From a virus (taxonomy: Duplodnaviria; Caudoviricetes): DNA of 40,469 nucleotides. The notes beneath the pieces are model-generated. The model made no database searches. It worked only from the letters and a program-made list of their open reading frames with translations, and was not told where the DNA came from. The translations under genes and the position numbers were made by a program. The stretch's first letter is position 1; every line of letters starts with the position of its first letter. The stretch is from IMG/VR virus record IMGVR_UViG_3300009164_000151, positions 1 to 40,469 of that record. One strand, given 5' to 3'. This document shows, in pieces, positions 16,685 to 26,316 of the stretch.

Positions 16685-18888
16685 TATCCACCCCTCCGTC
16701 CATCAGGCCGGATATCAATGCGCGGCGCTCCCAACTGCCATTGTGTGCCCACTTGGTTAGATTCAATCCGCATAGACATTTGCCGCCCACGCACACGGAT
16801 ATTAATCTGCCCATTGTATTTATCCAATTGGTCGGCAGTGAGGGGGTAGGTGTTTGTTGCCACAACGGATTGCGTAGCGTCCAAGCTTGTACCACCAATA
16901 GATTTGGGGTCGTTGTATCCTGAGCCTGAATTCTGCAGAGGCTGAAGCTGCATGGTCAAGGCTGGTGTTGTGTTAGCCGTGGAGCCACGGAACGTCAAGT
17001 CTGGCAGCATACGCCACACAAACGCAAAGTTATGCCCATCGCCAATATCAAACTGAGATGTTGTAATCCATGCGTTCATAGCTGTTCCGGGCAAACTATT
17101 TGTCCCATCATCAACGCCATTTTCATGGTAAACCAAGTTTTGTGCATATGTGGCTGCTACGGGGTAAGGCCGGAGAGATGAGTCCAACCATGCAGTCCGG
17201 GACATAGAACCATAGTACCAAGCATCTTCTACGTAGTTGTACACAACATAACGGTCAATTTGCGGTACGCCATTAAGCTGGGGTGCATTTTTCGTGCAAT
17301 AGAACCACCAGACTTCGTTAAAACCCTCATTGGTACTAGAAAATATTTGCCCAAATTGTGTGCGGTCAATATCATCATAGATAAACTGGCGCAGGTCACA
17401 GCGTAGAGTTTGTACGCGACCATCATATTTGTAAAACTTGTCTTGACCCATCCAGTACGCTACACCGTTTGTGTAAGATGCAGCATTTTGGCTAACAATA
17501 GAAATGTTGTCAGACAAGATTTGAGAACCCCAGACATAAGGCGCCCCCAAGTACTGCAAGGAATAGACGGCAGCATCCGTGTAAACCAAAATTTCTTGGC
17601 GAGCTTGCAAGACTGCTTGGATGCTAGATCCATGCGACAGCACCAAGCCACCTGCTTGATTTGTAATGGCGGGCGTCCACTGGGTCAAGCTTTCTTGGTC
17701 AGACCAACGTATTGCCATTGGATTAAACGTGGTACTCAAATACTCATTGGTGCCAAACACAAATGTAAATTTGCTGGCATCAGACACAATCAATGTGTTT
17801 TGTGTCAAAGGTACGTCAGAAGCTCCGGGTAGTGAGGCCACCGGTATAGCACGAATAGAAATTGTGTGCGTGCCAGACCCAGCAGAAGAAGTGTTTATAG
17901 CCACACCACCAGAAGTCAAGGACAGGTTGAAAGGATTAGAAGTGGATGGGGACGTATATTTAACGTAGTACACCGTGAATGGTTGCAGCGGAGTTGGCAA
18001 TGCTTCTGTGGTTTCAAACATGATAGCGGTGCCATCGCCCAACGGATTAGTCGTATTAGAGGTCAGCGTTACAACTGCGGGCGTTCCATTGGAAATAGTT
18101 ACTGTAGTGGGAGCCGCCAATGTAGGGGCCGTAGCGGCATTCCACATGTACATAGCCCCTTTTTTCGGGCCAAGCAGTAGGTTTTGACCAAAGTTGTATT
18201 GCGTCCATAACTTGGTGCCTGTGTTAATTGCCGTTGTTCCTACTCCTCCCCAGCCACCTATTCCCCAAGTTCCAGTATTCCATCCTGTGGTTGTATTGGT
18301 TGTAATGTTTCCTACGTTCAGTAAGTAAGCGGCGTAAGCAACAGAACCCCCGCCTGCAGTAATAACGCCTGTGCCGCTTGTGGCTGCATTAATTGCGTCT
18401 ACCGCATAAGTCGTGGATGAAGGTAGCCTAGTTACTTGATATTGACCATTGAGCGTAATGCCCGTCACCGGGGTCATTCCAGAAAAAATAACATAGTCAC
18501 CAATGTAAGGGTGATATGTGTTATCAGTTACGATAACCTCCCGAGACCCACCCGTTGTGGATATGGGATTTGTTCCTAAAATGTGCGAACTAATAATTGG
18601 CGTGATATCGTAGTAGTTATCACTCTGGGTGGTTGTCGCCTGACTGATGTAAAACTTTGCTTCAGTTCCCACCCCAATCAAATTAGCATTTGCCAGTGTT
18701 GTCCAGTTCCACAATGAGCGGCACAGACCTGTGTATGTATTTGGGGAAATTTGTGTCCAGCCACCAATTTTTTCAGGCGTGCCTTGACGAAACCTAACTA
18801 AGTTTGACTCGTAGTATCCGCCTTCGTTGGTATACCGAGTGTTCTCCCGGTTAACTCCGGGCTTGAGGGCGATCTTTTGTAAAGGCAT
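16684..18888 (-). CDS. Tail nozzle / tail tubular protein B-like (P22 gp10-like) (734 aa)
   Basis: Size, position and propeller-like motifs (IRWSDQE, AYWMG..FYKYDG, NEVWWFY). Confidence 0.65.
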   Translation of the reverse strand: MPLQKIALKPGVNRENTRYTNEGGYYESNLVRFRQGTPEKIGGWTQISPNTYTGLCRSLWNWTTLANANLIGVGTEAKFYISQATTTQSDNYYDITPIISSHILGTNPISTTGGSREVIVTDNTYHPYIGDYVIFSGMTPVTGITLNGQYQVTRLPSSTTYAVDAINAATSGTGVITAGGGSVAYAAYLLNVGNITTNTTTGWNTGTWGIGGWGGVGTTAINTGTKLWTQYNFGQNLLLGPKKGAMYMWNAATAPTLAAPTTVTISNGTPAVVTLTSNTTNPLGDGTAIMFETTEALPTPLQPFTVYYVKYTSPSTSNPFNLSLTSGGVAINTSSAGSGTHTISIRAIPVASLPGASDVPLTQNTLIVSDASKFTFVFGTNEYLSTTFNPMAIRWSDQESLTQWTPAITNQAGGLVLSHGSSIQAVLQARQEILVYTDAAVYSLQYLGAPYVWGSQILSDNISIVSQNAASYTNGVAYWMGQDKFYKYDGRVQTLRCDLRQFIYDDIDRTQFGQIFSSTNEGFNEVWWFYCTKNAPQLNGVPQIDRYVVYNYVEDAWYYGSMSRTAWLDSSLRPYPVAATYAQNLVYHENGVDDGTNSLPGTAMNAWITTSQFDIGDGHNFAFVWRMLPDLTFRGSTANTTPALTMQLQPLQNSGSGYNDPKSIGGTSLDATQSVVATNTYPLTADQLDKYNGQINIRVRGRQMSMRIESNQVGTQWQLGAPRIDIRPDGRRGG

Positions 18889-18906
18889 TGCTCATTTTCC
18901 CATGAA

Positions 18907-19329
18907 TCAGGCAAATGCGCGAGTGCCTGCCCGGTCAATAATCAAAGCTTGCCGTCTTGGTTTGAGCGCGGTGGTGTTGGGAACACTGATATGAGTCCAA
19001 GCGTCAAACTCACGAATGATCTGGTCAAACGGCAGGTTGGCAGCAATAACAGAACGGACAACTGCATCGGGGGTCATCCCCGGAACTTTCAAGTCGGCAG
19101 CGCATCCCAGTCGATGCTGAGAGGTGTCTTTGGAACCAACTGCATCGTTGACCGCTTTAGATCGGAAGGCGGAGTTGACCATGATGGGTTTTCCTCCAAG
19201 TGCTGTTTTGACAGCTTCAAGAAATTCTGCAAGACGTTGCAAGTTGGCTTTTTCAGCATCATTAGGTGTGTTGTCCAGCGTGCGGTGATCGGTATGGGTT
19301 AACTCTGCAAGAGTGAAATGCGGGGTCAT
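18907..19329 (-). CDS. Endolysin, peptidase M15A family (140 aa)
   Basis: HFTLAEL start; NSAFRS..VN..VG...SQH..G.AAD and WTHIS zinc-ligand motifs. Confidence 0.85.
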   Translation of the reverse strand: MTPHFTLAELTHTDHRTLDNTPNDAEKANLQRLAEFLEAVKTALGGKPIMVNSAFRSKAVNDAVGSKDTSQHRLGCAADLKVPGMTPDAVVRSVIAANLPFDQIIREFDAWTHISVPNTTALKPRRQALIIDRAGTRAFA

Positions 19330-19823
19330 TTAAACGTTCCCTTCAGCGCATCAGTCTTGTCCTTACTGGACTTGGAACTACCGTAGAAGAAGCTGATGAT
19401 GGTAGCGACTGCGGTTCCCAAGAGGAACCCAAGGATGATGTTGCCAAAGTCTTTGCCGCTTGCGGGAACAGTACCGAAGGTAATGGCAAAGAAGTAGGCC
19501 ATTGAGCCAACGCTCCAGAACCATGCAAACCAGTAAATGAAGTGCTTGGCAAACTTGTCTTCTTGATTGAGGGCAGTCTCCTGCATGTGACGGGCACTAT
19601 CTCTATCTGCGTTCTCAAGCTCAAATTGACGCAGGTCTAGTTCAGCCAGTTTGGTCGCCGCTTCCGGGTCTCCGGCAATGGCTTTTGCCACAGCTTCAAC
19701 GTCATCAGCCACGCCAAACTTGTTGGCAATAGCGGTAATAGCGAGACCGCCAAGAGGCCCGCCGACAGCAGTTGCAACAGCAGGAGCAAGTCCTTTAAGA
19801 AGTCCAAGTAATTCATTCATCAT
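19326..19823 (-). CDS. Putative holin / membrane protein (165 aa)
   Basis: Two C-terminal hydrophobic helices ending FFYGSS; DRDSAR motif; ATGA overlap with the endolysin. Confidence 0.6.
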   Translation of the reverse strand: MMNELLGLLKGLAPAVATAVGGPLGGLAITAIANKFGVADDVEAVAKAIAGDPEAATKLAELDLRQFELENADRDSARHMQETALNQEDKFAKHFIYWFAWFWSVGSMAYFFAITFGTVPASGKDFGNIILGFLLGTAVATIISFFYGSSKSSKDKTDALKGTFK

Positions 19824-20083
19824 TTCCCTTTCTGGCGCTCTTCAAGCAAAGTAACTTTAACGTGCAAGGTGTTGATCTCTTTGTAGATTTCTTCCTTGAG
19901 TTTGTGTCGGGCTTCGGCTGACAACGGGCTGTCAGTGGGCACACCCTGCGAAGTAATAAGCGCAGGCATTGCGCCCTCAATCTTAGTCAGGCGGGTGTTA
20001 AACGAAGAAACTTCACCAAGGAGCCAAGCAAGTGATGCCACCACAATGGGTATCACCGCCTTCATTACATCTGCCCAGTTCAT
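19820..20083 (-). CDS. Small membrane-anchored protein, possibly lysis-associated (87 aa)
   Basis: ATG at 20083 with GGAGG RBS. N-terminal TM helix and coiled coil. Confidence 0.6.
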   Translation of the reverse strand: MNWADVMKAVIPIVVASLAWLLGEVSSFNTRLTKIEGAMPALITSQGVPTDSPLSAEARHKLKEEIYKEINTLHVKVTLLEERQKGK

Positions 20084-20084
20084 A

Positions 20085-20555
20085 TTACCTCCGCATGAAG
20101 TCAACGTATTCCATCGTACCCCAAGCAACTAGGGTAATCACCAAGGAAACAAGCACGATCAGTAATCCCAACTCAACTACTTCGCCAATTTCCTTGGCAC
20201 GCTTGGCCTTGGCCTTTTCGGCCTCAATCTCATCTGCTTTGTTCTGTGCCACGATTCGGTTCCTCTCCCGAAGAAAGTCCATCCACAAATTTGTCTTTCC
20301 TCTGCGCATGAAGGAGATTTTGATCTGCTCTTCAATCTGCTGCATTTCTTCTGCAAGCTGAATAAACTGCATTGCCTGCGAATTTACCGACTGGAGAGAC
20401 TTCTTTGTTGGCTTTGCCTTCTCCTTCATCACCGCATCTTTGGCGTCAAAGAACTGGTGGAATAGTTCAGAGGCGTCTTTCCCTAGCGCAATGGCCTGTT
20501 TGACCCCTGCTATAGTTGCTCGCGCTGTAGCAATTAGCGTTATAGGGTCAAGCAT
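20085..20555 (-). CDS. Hypothetical protein with C-terminal TM helix (156 aa)
   Basis: MLDPITLIA start, coiled coil, hydrophobic C-terminus. Tightly packed with neighbours. Confidence 0.65.
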   Translation of the reverse strand: MLDPITLIATARATIAGVKQAIALGKDASELFHQFFDAKDAVMKEKAKPTKKSLQSVNSQAMQFIQLAEEMQQIEEQIKISFMRRGKTNLWMDFLRERNRIVAQNKADEIEAEKAKAKRAKEIGEVVELGLLIVLVSLVITLVAWGTMEYVDFMRR

Positions 20556-20557
20556 AT

Positions 20558-20824
20558 TTAGCTCTTAGGATACTGCGCTTTAACCGCTAGGCAGTCTGCA
20601 ATGTATTTTGCAATCTGCTCTTGGTCGCCCTTCACAATGCCATCCAAGTAGTCCGTCATGGGCGGGTACTCTGCAGCACGTTTTTGTGCATAGGTCAATT
20701 CTGATTTAGGGCGCAAAGATTCTGCTTCTTCGTCTGTGATTTGAATTGAGTCAGCAGGCAGAAAATGCTCATACTCAACATCAATAAAGTGAAGAGAATT
20801 GTCTGGAGCTTTGTAATATGGCAT
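20558..20824 (-). CDS. Putative tail fibre assembly chaperone (88 aa)
   Basis: Follows the tail fibre. YAQKRAAEYP..D....VKAQYPK motif. AAGGA RBS. Confidence 0.6.
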   Translation of the reverse strand: MPYYKAPDNSLHFIDVEYEHFLPADSIQITDEEAESLRPKSELTYAQKRAAEYPPMTDYLDGIVKGDQEQIAKYIADCLAVKAQYPKS

Positions 20825-20833
20825 TTGTAATCC

Positions 20834-22567
20834 TTAACGAAGTTCGGCCCAATAATTCATAGCTCCGTTACTACTCGTTATGTACGATGAGCCGGGTGGA
20901 ACAATTGTAATAAGCCACGCAGTGGTTGCATTTGGGTTTGTTGCTGCAGTTTGCGCTATTACTCCGTTAACAGAAATTGTGTGTCCTACCGTAGCATTTG
21001 TACCCGTAGTTACCGACACCACAATTGGCCGCCCCGTAGTGTTGTAGTACGTAACTGCGTTAGCACGTGAACCAGTTAGGGCTTGCCAAGTCTGCCCATA
21101 CCCCAAGCTGCTCATTGCAGTTAATGCTTCTCCACCAGCACCTTGAATGGTAGAGGGTGCAGTAGCCCAAGCACCTGCGGTTGCTTGAGTGGACTCAATG
21201 TATCCAATAACCCGGTAGGCTACACCAGTACGCGCATTGGTAGAATAAATAGTGAATGAGTTAAATGAAGACCCACTAATAGCAGTGGTACTAATTACAC
21301 CTGTTTCTGTTAAGTCATTACCGCCAGCTTGATTAACAACAGCAAGTTCCAACGTGCCAGCATTATTAATTGCCAACACAATTAGCCGCGATTGCACATT
21401 ATTAATAGTTCCCAAAGTCGCGCCCGCCGGCACTACCAAATTTGCCGGTGTACCAGATACAGTAGTCACCGCACCGCTAGCCAAGTTTGTAGAGCGAAAA
21501 TCCAAACTTAAAGCAGAAGCACTGATGGTCAATGCGCCAAGTAATACCGAAGCAGAAATGGGCTGTATTTGCGCTTGTCCCGAAGACCAGATGGGAGGAG
21601 CATCTCCTTGACTTACCAGTACTTGTCCCGCGCTTCCATATGCCGTTGCCGATGATCCAAAGGTAACACCACCATTATTAGTGATTCCCATTCGCCGGGT
21701 CAATGTTATGGTTTGCGTCACTTTACCAGTACCAGCAAGAGTGCCGCTCGCAGTACAAGTTATTAGCGCACCTATCGCTGGTACGGTTCCCGCTAACGCA
21801 CTAAACAACGTAGTCCATTGCGCACCAGTGGTGGTGCCCGGATCAGTGACGATGTAAACCGTGCCTAATATTACGCTACCAATATTAACTCCACCAGCAG
21901 ATGCTGTTCGCCAGATGTGACTTCCAGATTGCTGGTAATAATCCGCTGCAGAACCAGAATATTTATATAGCCACGCTGAACCATTGTTGTATGCATTATT
22001 GGAGAGACCAGCGGCTGTACTATCACCATAGATGCTTCCAGAGTGATTAGGCTCCATTACGTTAAAGCCTGACCCCCAAGCAGATGGAGTCACACCAAGA
22101 CCAATGTTGGTAAACAACCCAACACCATTTTGGTTAGCCACTTTTACGTAATCCGAACCATTCCAAGCCACAACGGCTTTTTCACCGTCAACCAAAGTAA
22201 CTCCCGTGGTAGGAGTAACTCCGCGCACAGTAAGCAGGTATCCGCCTGAACCTGCGTTGTTAATGATGTATGACTTGCTGGTAATTGGCAAGTTTAGGTT
22301 GCGGTTCCCAGTTTTTGTGCCTGAGATATTTAGAATAGCGTATTGGGCGGTGGTTGACCCAATGTTTGTTGCAGGGTATGTAGTATTAGCACCAGTTGTT
22401 TTGGTCAGAGTTACGTCTGAGCCAGTAATAGTAATAGCAAGCCCGCCAGCAATAGCAATGTCCAAGTAAGAGGTCAGGCCATTATCAATAAGGTTGCCCC
22501 AAGTTCCCGACTCTTCACCAGTAACAATGACTGGAAAGTTAAGATTGGTGGTATATGATGTTGTCAT
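20834..22567 (-). CDS. Tail fibre protein (577 aa)
   Basis: T/G/S-rich. N-terminal GEESGTWG anchor and C-terminal GYGQTWQ..SR...TYYNTTGRPI domain. Confidence 0.75.
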   Translation of the reverse strand: MTTSYTTNLNFPVIVTGEESGTWGNLIDNGLTSYLDIAIAGGLAITITGSDVTLTKTTGANTTYPATNIGSTTAQYAILNISGTKTGNRNLNLPITSKSYIINNAGSGGYLLTVRGVTPTTGVTLVDGEKAVVAWNGSDYVKVANQNGVGLFTNIGLGVTPSAWGSGFNVMEPNHSGSIYGDSTAAGLSNNAYNNGSAWLYKYSGSAADYYQQSGSHIWRTASAGGVNIGSVILGTVYIVTDPGTTTGAQWTTLFSALAGTVPAIGALITCTASGTLAGTGKVTQTITLTRRMGITNNGGVTFGSSATAYGSAGQVLVSQGDAPPIWSSGQAQIQPISASVLLGALTISASALSLDFRSTNLASGAVTTVSGTPANLVVPAGATLGTINNVQSRLIVLAINNAGTLELAVVNQAGGNDLTETGVISTTAISGSSFNSFTIYSTNARTGVAYRVIGYIESTQATAGAWATAPSTIQGAGGEALTAMSSLGYGQTWQALTGSRANAVTYYNTTGRPIVVSVTTGTNATVGHTISVNGVIAQTAATNPNATTAWLITIVPPGSSYITSSNGAMNYWAELR

Positions 22568-22576
22568 GTTGTAACC

Positions 22577-22672
22577 TTATGACTGAGAAATATTAGTCCA
22601 CGCTGGAGTTTGTGCAGTACTTACTGCAGTCCATACGGGAGTTTGTGCGTTGTTAATAACAGTCCAAGTCAT
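22577..22672 (-). CDS. 31-aa mini-protein MTWTVINNAQTPVWTAVSTAQTPAWTNISQS (absent from ORF track)
   Basis: Fills the gap between two tail genes. AGGG upstream. Repeat is conserved at protein level while codons differ. Confidence 0.6.
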   Translation of the reverse strand: MTWTVINNAQTPVWTAVSTAQTPAWTNISQS

Positions 22673-22683
22673 ATATTGCCCTG

Positions 22684-23103
22684 TTAATTTGAACTTCTAA
22701 TCAGTGCAGTAGTTGAAGTGTTGGAAGGCATAGTAATGAGGAACGTCGTAGTTGATGTCTTATCTGCACCAAAATCAATTACTGCAATTGCTCTGTTAGC
22801 CTTGCTGACATTGTAAATTAGGGCGCACCGAGCCGTAATAGCTCCAGTCCAAGATACGTTGGCAAAGTTCACGTAAGCAGTGTAGCCAGAAGTGTTGATT
22901 GTCACCCCAGTAAGCTGGCTACCCCCTGCTGTATAAGTTCCTGTATTAGGTACTTCATTGGTGCTACTGTATATCGTAGTCTCTGCGTTTAAATTAGCAT
23001 TGCCGGTGTACAAGGCAATCTTCAGAACATCCGTGGATAGGTCATGGATGCCCTGATATAGCTCTTTCTTAAAGCTGGTGGTCTGGGTTTGAACTATGCT
23101 CAT
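22684..23103 (-). CDS. Virion structural protein (139 aa)
   Basis: TSFKKEL..LKIALY..GTYTAGG..ALIYN..DFGADK pattern. ATGA overlap. Confidence 0.65.
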   Translation of the reverse strand: MSIVQTQTTSFKKELYQGIHDLSTDVLKIALYTGNANLNAETTIYSSTNEVPNTGTYTAGGSQLTGVTINTSGYTAYVNFANVSWTGAITARCALIYNVSKANRAIAVIDFGADKTSTTTFLITMPSNTSTTALIRSSN

Positions 23104-23762
23104 GTAACCGCCTGACGATATTGACCACTACGGTATGCGTCTTGACGCTCCATGCCATCACCCAGACGTTTAGCCAGACCAATAGCTTCTTTGAACTTGT
23201 TGTCGTACAGAGCCATCATGTCTTGCTCGCCCTTCATGTAGGTATATGCCTCGACAAGAGAGCCATATAGCAACACGGAATCAAAGTTATCACCAAGCCA
23301 TGTGGTACTTGCGGTGGTGATGGATTCTGGGTAGTAGTAGTAATGAAGTTCTGCGCTGTAATTTACATCAGGCGTGGGGCCAAGAATAAGGGAGAGTTCT
23401 GTAGTAATCGTGGAGGCAACAACAGCAGGGCCAAATAGCGCGTAATATTTGGGAGTTCCAGTGTTGGATGTGCTGGGGTACGCTTCCCGAATGAAGTTAA
23501 CATCCTTGTTCAGAAGGTATGTGTAGTCTCCACCACCAGAAGGGAACACTGCAACTGAATACGGGGCCAAGAAATCATCTGGGCACGACAGGTATTTATT
23601 GCTGGCTGTCACTGTTCCCGTTACGTTTTTACGCAGTGAGGGGAATTGAACCGTGTTGTAGATGCGCTGCTCTGCCTGCGTGATGAACGTGTTCATCGCA
23701 GTTGTCGGGAACGTGTTCTCCGTATAGTCGGAGATCGCGGTGACTAGAGCAGCGTAGTTCAT
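23100..23762 (-). CDS. Head-tail adaptor / tail tubular protein A-like (220 aa)
   Basis: ATG at 23762 overlapping the previous stop. FITQAEQRI, GTPKYYA, LGPTPD, LLYGSLVEA motifs. Confidence 0.6.
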   Translation of the reverse strand: MNYAALVTAISDYTENTFPTTAMNTFITQAEQRIYNTVQFPSLRKNVTGTVTASNKYLSCPDDFLAPYSVAVFPSGGGDYTYLLNKDVNFIREAYPSTSNTGTPKYYALFGPAVVASTITTELSLILGPTPDVNYSAELHYYYYPESITTASTTWLGDNFDSVLLYGSLVEAYTYMKGEQDMMALYDNKFKEAIGLAKRLGDGMERQDAYRSGQYRQAVT

Positions 23763-24037
23763 GCCATTGGGCCTCGAGACATGAAGCCTTTGGTGGCACA
23801 TCCTGCGCCGCGCATTTTGATGCCATCTTTTTTAACTGGCTCATTACCAGCAGACTTGCTGATTGCACCCACAGTCATGTCCACAGTATCAGCCTTGCTG
23901 CGGTTGGGTGGAAAGCCGGGATTAGTGCCGACTCCTTGCGGGGCTTTAGTCATTTTCTTTCCGTCCATCGTGTGTGGTTGGGCATAAACAGCGGCAGAGC
24001 CAATTTCCTTGCCGCCTTTTTTCATACTGTAAGCCAT
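23759..24037 (-). CDS. Small basic protein (92 aa)
   Basis: Packed ORF. MKKGG and RGAGCATKG motifs. Confidence 0.7.
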   Translation of the reverse strand: MAYSMKKGGKEIGSAAVYAQPHTMDGKKMTKAPQGVGTNPGFPPNRSKADTVDMTVGAISKSAGNEPVKKDGIKMRGAGCATKGFMSRGPMA

Positions 24038-24039
24038 GA

Positions 24040-24231
24040 TTAACCCGTCTTCTGGTTGGCTGCACGAGACATATTGCGCCCCATACGCATACGGTCTTCA
24101 CTGGTAGGGCCACCTTTTTTAAGCTTCAAGGATGTACCCTTTCCGCCTTTATGCTCTTGAGCATCGTGCTGTTTAAACGCCTTCTTGATCATAGCCTTAT
24201 CTTGTGCCAGATCAGATTTACCTTTTTCCAT
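24040..24231 (-). CDS. Small basic protein (63 aa)
   Basis: AGGAG RBS. Lys-rich, LKKGG motif. Confidence 0.7.
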   Translation of the reverse strand: MEKGKSDLAQDKAMIKKAFKQHDAQEHKGGKGTSLKLKKGGPTSEDRMRMGRNMSRAANQKTG

Positions 24232-24240
24232 GATGGACTC

Positions 24241-24630
24241 CTATGAAACCGTTACTGTTACTGTGCCAACACTTGTGGTTCCTACCAAGTAATTCGGCGT
24301 TAAAACTGCATCAAAGCTACTAGCCCCGCCTACAGGATACCAACCCCACTGAATATCCCTAGAGCCACCCGAAGGGTAGCCTTGGGTATTAGGGCCAGAG
24401 GTCACATATGTGGTGTCGTTGCGAGGATTGCGCACTGCCTGCGGATCACTCACTGGATACATACCAAGCTGCAACTGTGGCTGATCGGGATCCCAGCAAG
24501 AACTACATACAAGCAAATTGTACGTCTTTGTCTTGATAATCTCTTTGCGTAGCTCCGTTAACTTAAACCGGGCACCACACCTATCGCACATGGCGATACT
24601 GTTTTTGCCTGATGCAAACCGATTACCCAT
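24241..24630 (-). CDS. Zinc-finger hypothetical protein (129 aa)
   Basis: ATG at 24630. CDRC...CSSC, DPQAVRNPR. Confidence 0.7.
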   Translation of the reverse strand: MGNRFASGKNSIAMCDRCGARFKLTELRKEIIKTKTYNLLVCSSCWDPDQPQLQLGMYPVSDPQAVRNPRNDTTYVTSGPNTQGYPSGGSRDIQWGWYPVGGASSFDAVLTPNYLVGTTSVGTVTVTVS

Positions 24631-24631
24631 C

Positions 24632-25330
24632 TCACGTTCCGCTTCCAATAAAGGCTTGGCGGGGCACGAATCTGACTGCTGCTTTTTCGCGGTCTTCTTC
24701 CGCAGCCAAAGCCCAAGCTTCGTCGTATTGCTGCTTGAGAATATCCAGCCGCTGAATACCGTTTGGTATTTTCAAAGCCAAGTAGTAGGACAGTCCAGCT
24801 ACCATGCATGGCAAGAACCGGAACGGTACATCCATTGTGTTTACACCAGTGCCAGCGTTATCAATGCGGCGCAAGCGCCAGTAAACAAACTGATAGGTCT
24901 GCGTGTTATCTGGTACGGGCCAGACAGTAATACGAGGCGTTTCTAACCGCTCTATCCAGACTTGGATTGGACGAGCTTGTTGCAGCTTGTTAGGGATAGT
25001 TGCGTAGGTAGAAACGCTGATGCGGGTAATGGTCAGATCTGCCTGAGTAGATGCACTACCTGCACCGGTGCGGATCACATGCTCCAAAAGATCTACGGTG
25101 TCTGCTGGTAGATCATAGGTGGCTACGCCGGGGAGTAGGTCAATGGTGCCCTGCTCAAACGTCCACATGTTTACACCCCGGTTAGCCCAGTCGGCAAACA
25201 GGAGGTTTAAACTGCGCCGCGCAGTACGTAGGTCATAGCCTGAACGCAGTTCGGAGCCAGCACGTTCAAATGCTTCCTCTACAATTTCCGAGAGGTCGAG
25301 ATTGAAATTTGCAACTCCTGAGACAGCCAT
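24632..25330 (-). CDS. Head-tail connector / adaptor-like protein (232 aa)
   Basis: EEAFER..ARRSLNLL..WANRG, VWPVPD, PFRFLPC pattern. Confidence 0.6.
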   Translation of the reverse strand: MAVSGVANFNLDLSEIVEEAFERAGSELRSGYDLRTARRSLNLLFADWANRGVNMWTFEQGTIDLLPGVATYDLPADTVDLLEHVIRTGAGSASTQADLTITRISVSTYATIPNKLQQARPIQVWIERLETPRITVWPVPDNTQTYQFVYWRLRRIDNAGTGVNTMDVPFRFLPCMVAGLSYYLALKIPNGIQRLDILKQQYDEAWALAAEEDREKAAVRFVPRQAFIGSGT

Positions 25331-25333
25331 GTT

Positions 25334-25567
25334 TTACTTCTTCGCGGTTTTTGCAGAGTCAATAAAAGCCTGAGCAGTGGGCGCACCCTTCTGACCGGGC
25401 TTACGCATCTTCTCACCCCTAGCTCGCTTGGCATTGATGTTGGCATACAAGCCTGTAGCTCCGCCTTTGGCGTACTGCATGAAGTCAGTATCATCCCGGC
25501 GGGCAGTCTTCTTACCCTTTGGCATCTTGGATGGGGAGATGTCACCCATACCGCGACTGGACATCAT
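25334..25567 (-). CDS. Small basic protein (77 aa)
   Basis: ATGA overlap. YAKGG followed by GLYANINAKR..GAPT. Confidence 0.7.
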   Translation of the reverse strand: MMSSRGMGDISPSKMPKGKKTARRDDTDFMQYAKGGATGLYANINAKRARGEKMRKPGQKGAPTAQAFIDSAKTAKK

Positions 25568-25794
25568 TTTTTAGCCATCCCGCCGCCGCACATGATCATA
25601 GTGCCCTTGGTCTTGCCACGCTGTGCAATACCGTCTGCACGAGCAGATGCAGAGCCACCTTTAGCCATCTTCTTTACCGGCTCATCCACTGGAACGCTGT
25701 CAGGATACATCGTTGGCTTAGGAGCAGGCTTGGACTTGGTTTTTTGAACTGGCTCATCCACCGGAGTGGATTTGGGGTATTTGTAATCAGGCAT
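25564..25794 (-). CDS. Small basic protein (76 aa)
   Basis: ATG at 25794. MAKGG and ADGIAQRGKTKG motifs. Confidence 0.7.
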   Translation of the reverse strand: MPDYKYPKSTPVDEPVQKTKSKPAPKPTMYPDSVPVDEPVKKMAKGGSASARADGIAQRGKTKGTMIMCGGGMAKK

Positions 25795-25796
25795 GA

Positions 25797-26306
25797 TTAG
25801 CACATCTTTCCACGAGTTTTGCCACGTTGAGCAATACCATCTGCACGACGAGATGCAGAAGAGGTTGAGCCACCCGAGGCCATCTTCTTGACTGCACCGC
25901 CACGCTTCATTGCATTGCCTGCTTCATCACCTTCACCGCTACTAAGACGGGCACGGGCTGCGGCATTAGCATCTCTGCGTGGAGCATATGCAGCCATCGT
26001 CTTATCACGGCGGTCTGCTTCTTCCATCTTGTCTACGGCAGCTTTCCCGCTTTCGCGGTACTGATCGCGGCGAGCATAGCCAGCAGTGCGCTGCAATGGT
26101 TGACCTTCTTCATCAAGGCCACGATCTGCATTGTCTTGAGCGTTCATGGCTGCGCGGGCTTCAGCAGTGGGGCGTGCTGCGTTTACACCAAACTTTGTGC
26201 CTTCTGGTGCTTTACGGGTTAGTCCACGTTCCTTGTTCAAGAAATCACGCAAACTCAAACCGGACTCTTCCAGTTCTTTCTTAGAGACCATACGATTAGT
26301 AGCCAT
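25797..26306 (-). CDS. Basic hypothetical protein (169 aa)
   Basis: ATG at 26306 with AAGGAG RBS. MKRGG, MASGG and ADGIAQRGKTRG motifs. Confidence 0.7.
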   Translation of the reverse strand: MATNRMVSKKELEESGLSLRDFLNKERGLTRKAPEGTKFGVNAARPTAEARAAMNAQDNADRGLDEEGQPLQRTAGYARRDQYRESGKAAVDKMEEADRRDKTMAAYAPRRDANAAARARLSSGEGDEAGNAMKRGGAVKKMASGGSTSSASRRADGIAQRGKTRGKMC

Positions 26307-26316
26307 GATGTACTCC

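Noticed and set aside
20834-22567. Diversity-generating retroelement target in the tail fibre
   Set aside because: No template repeat or reverse transcriptase seen in the window.
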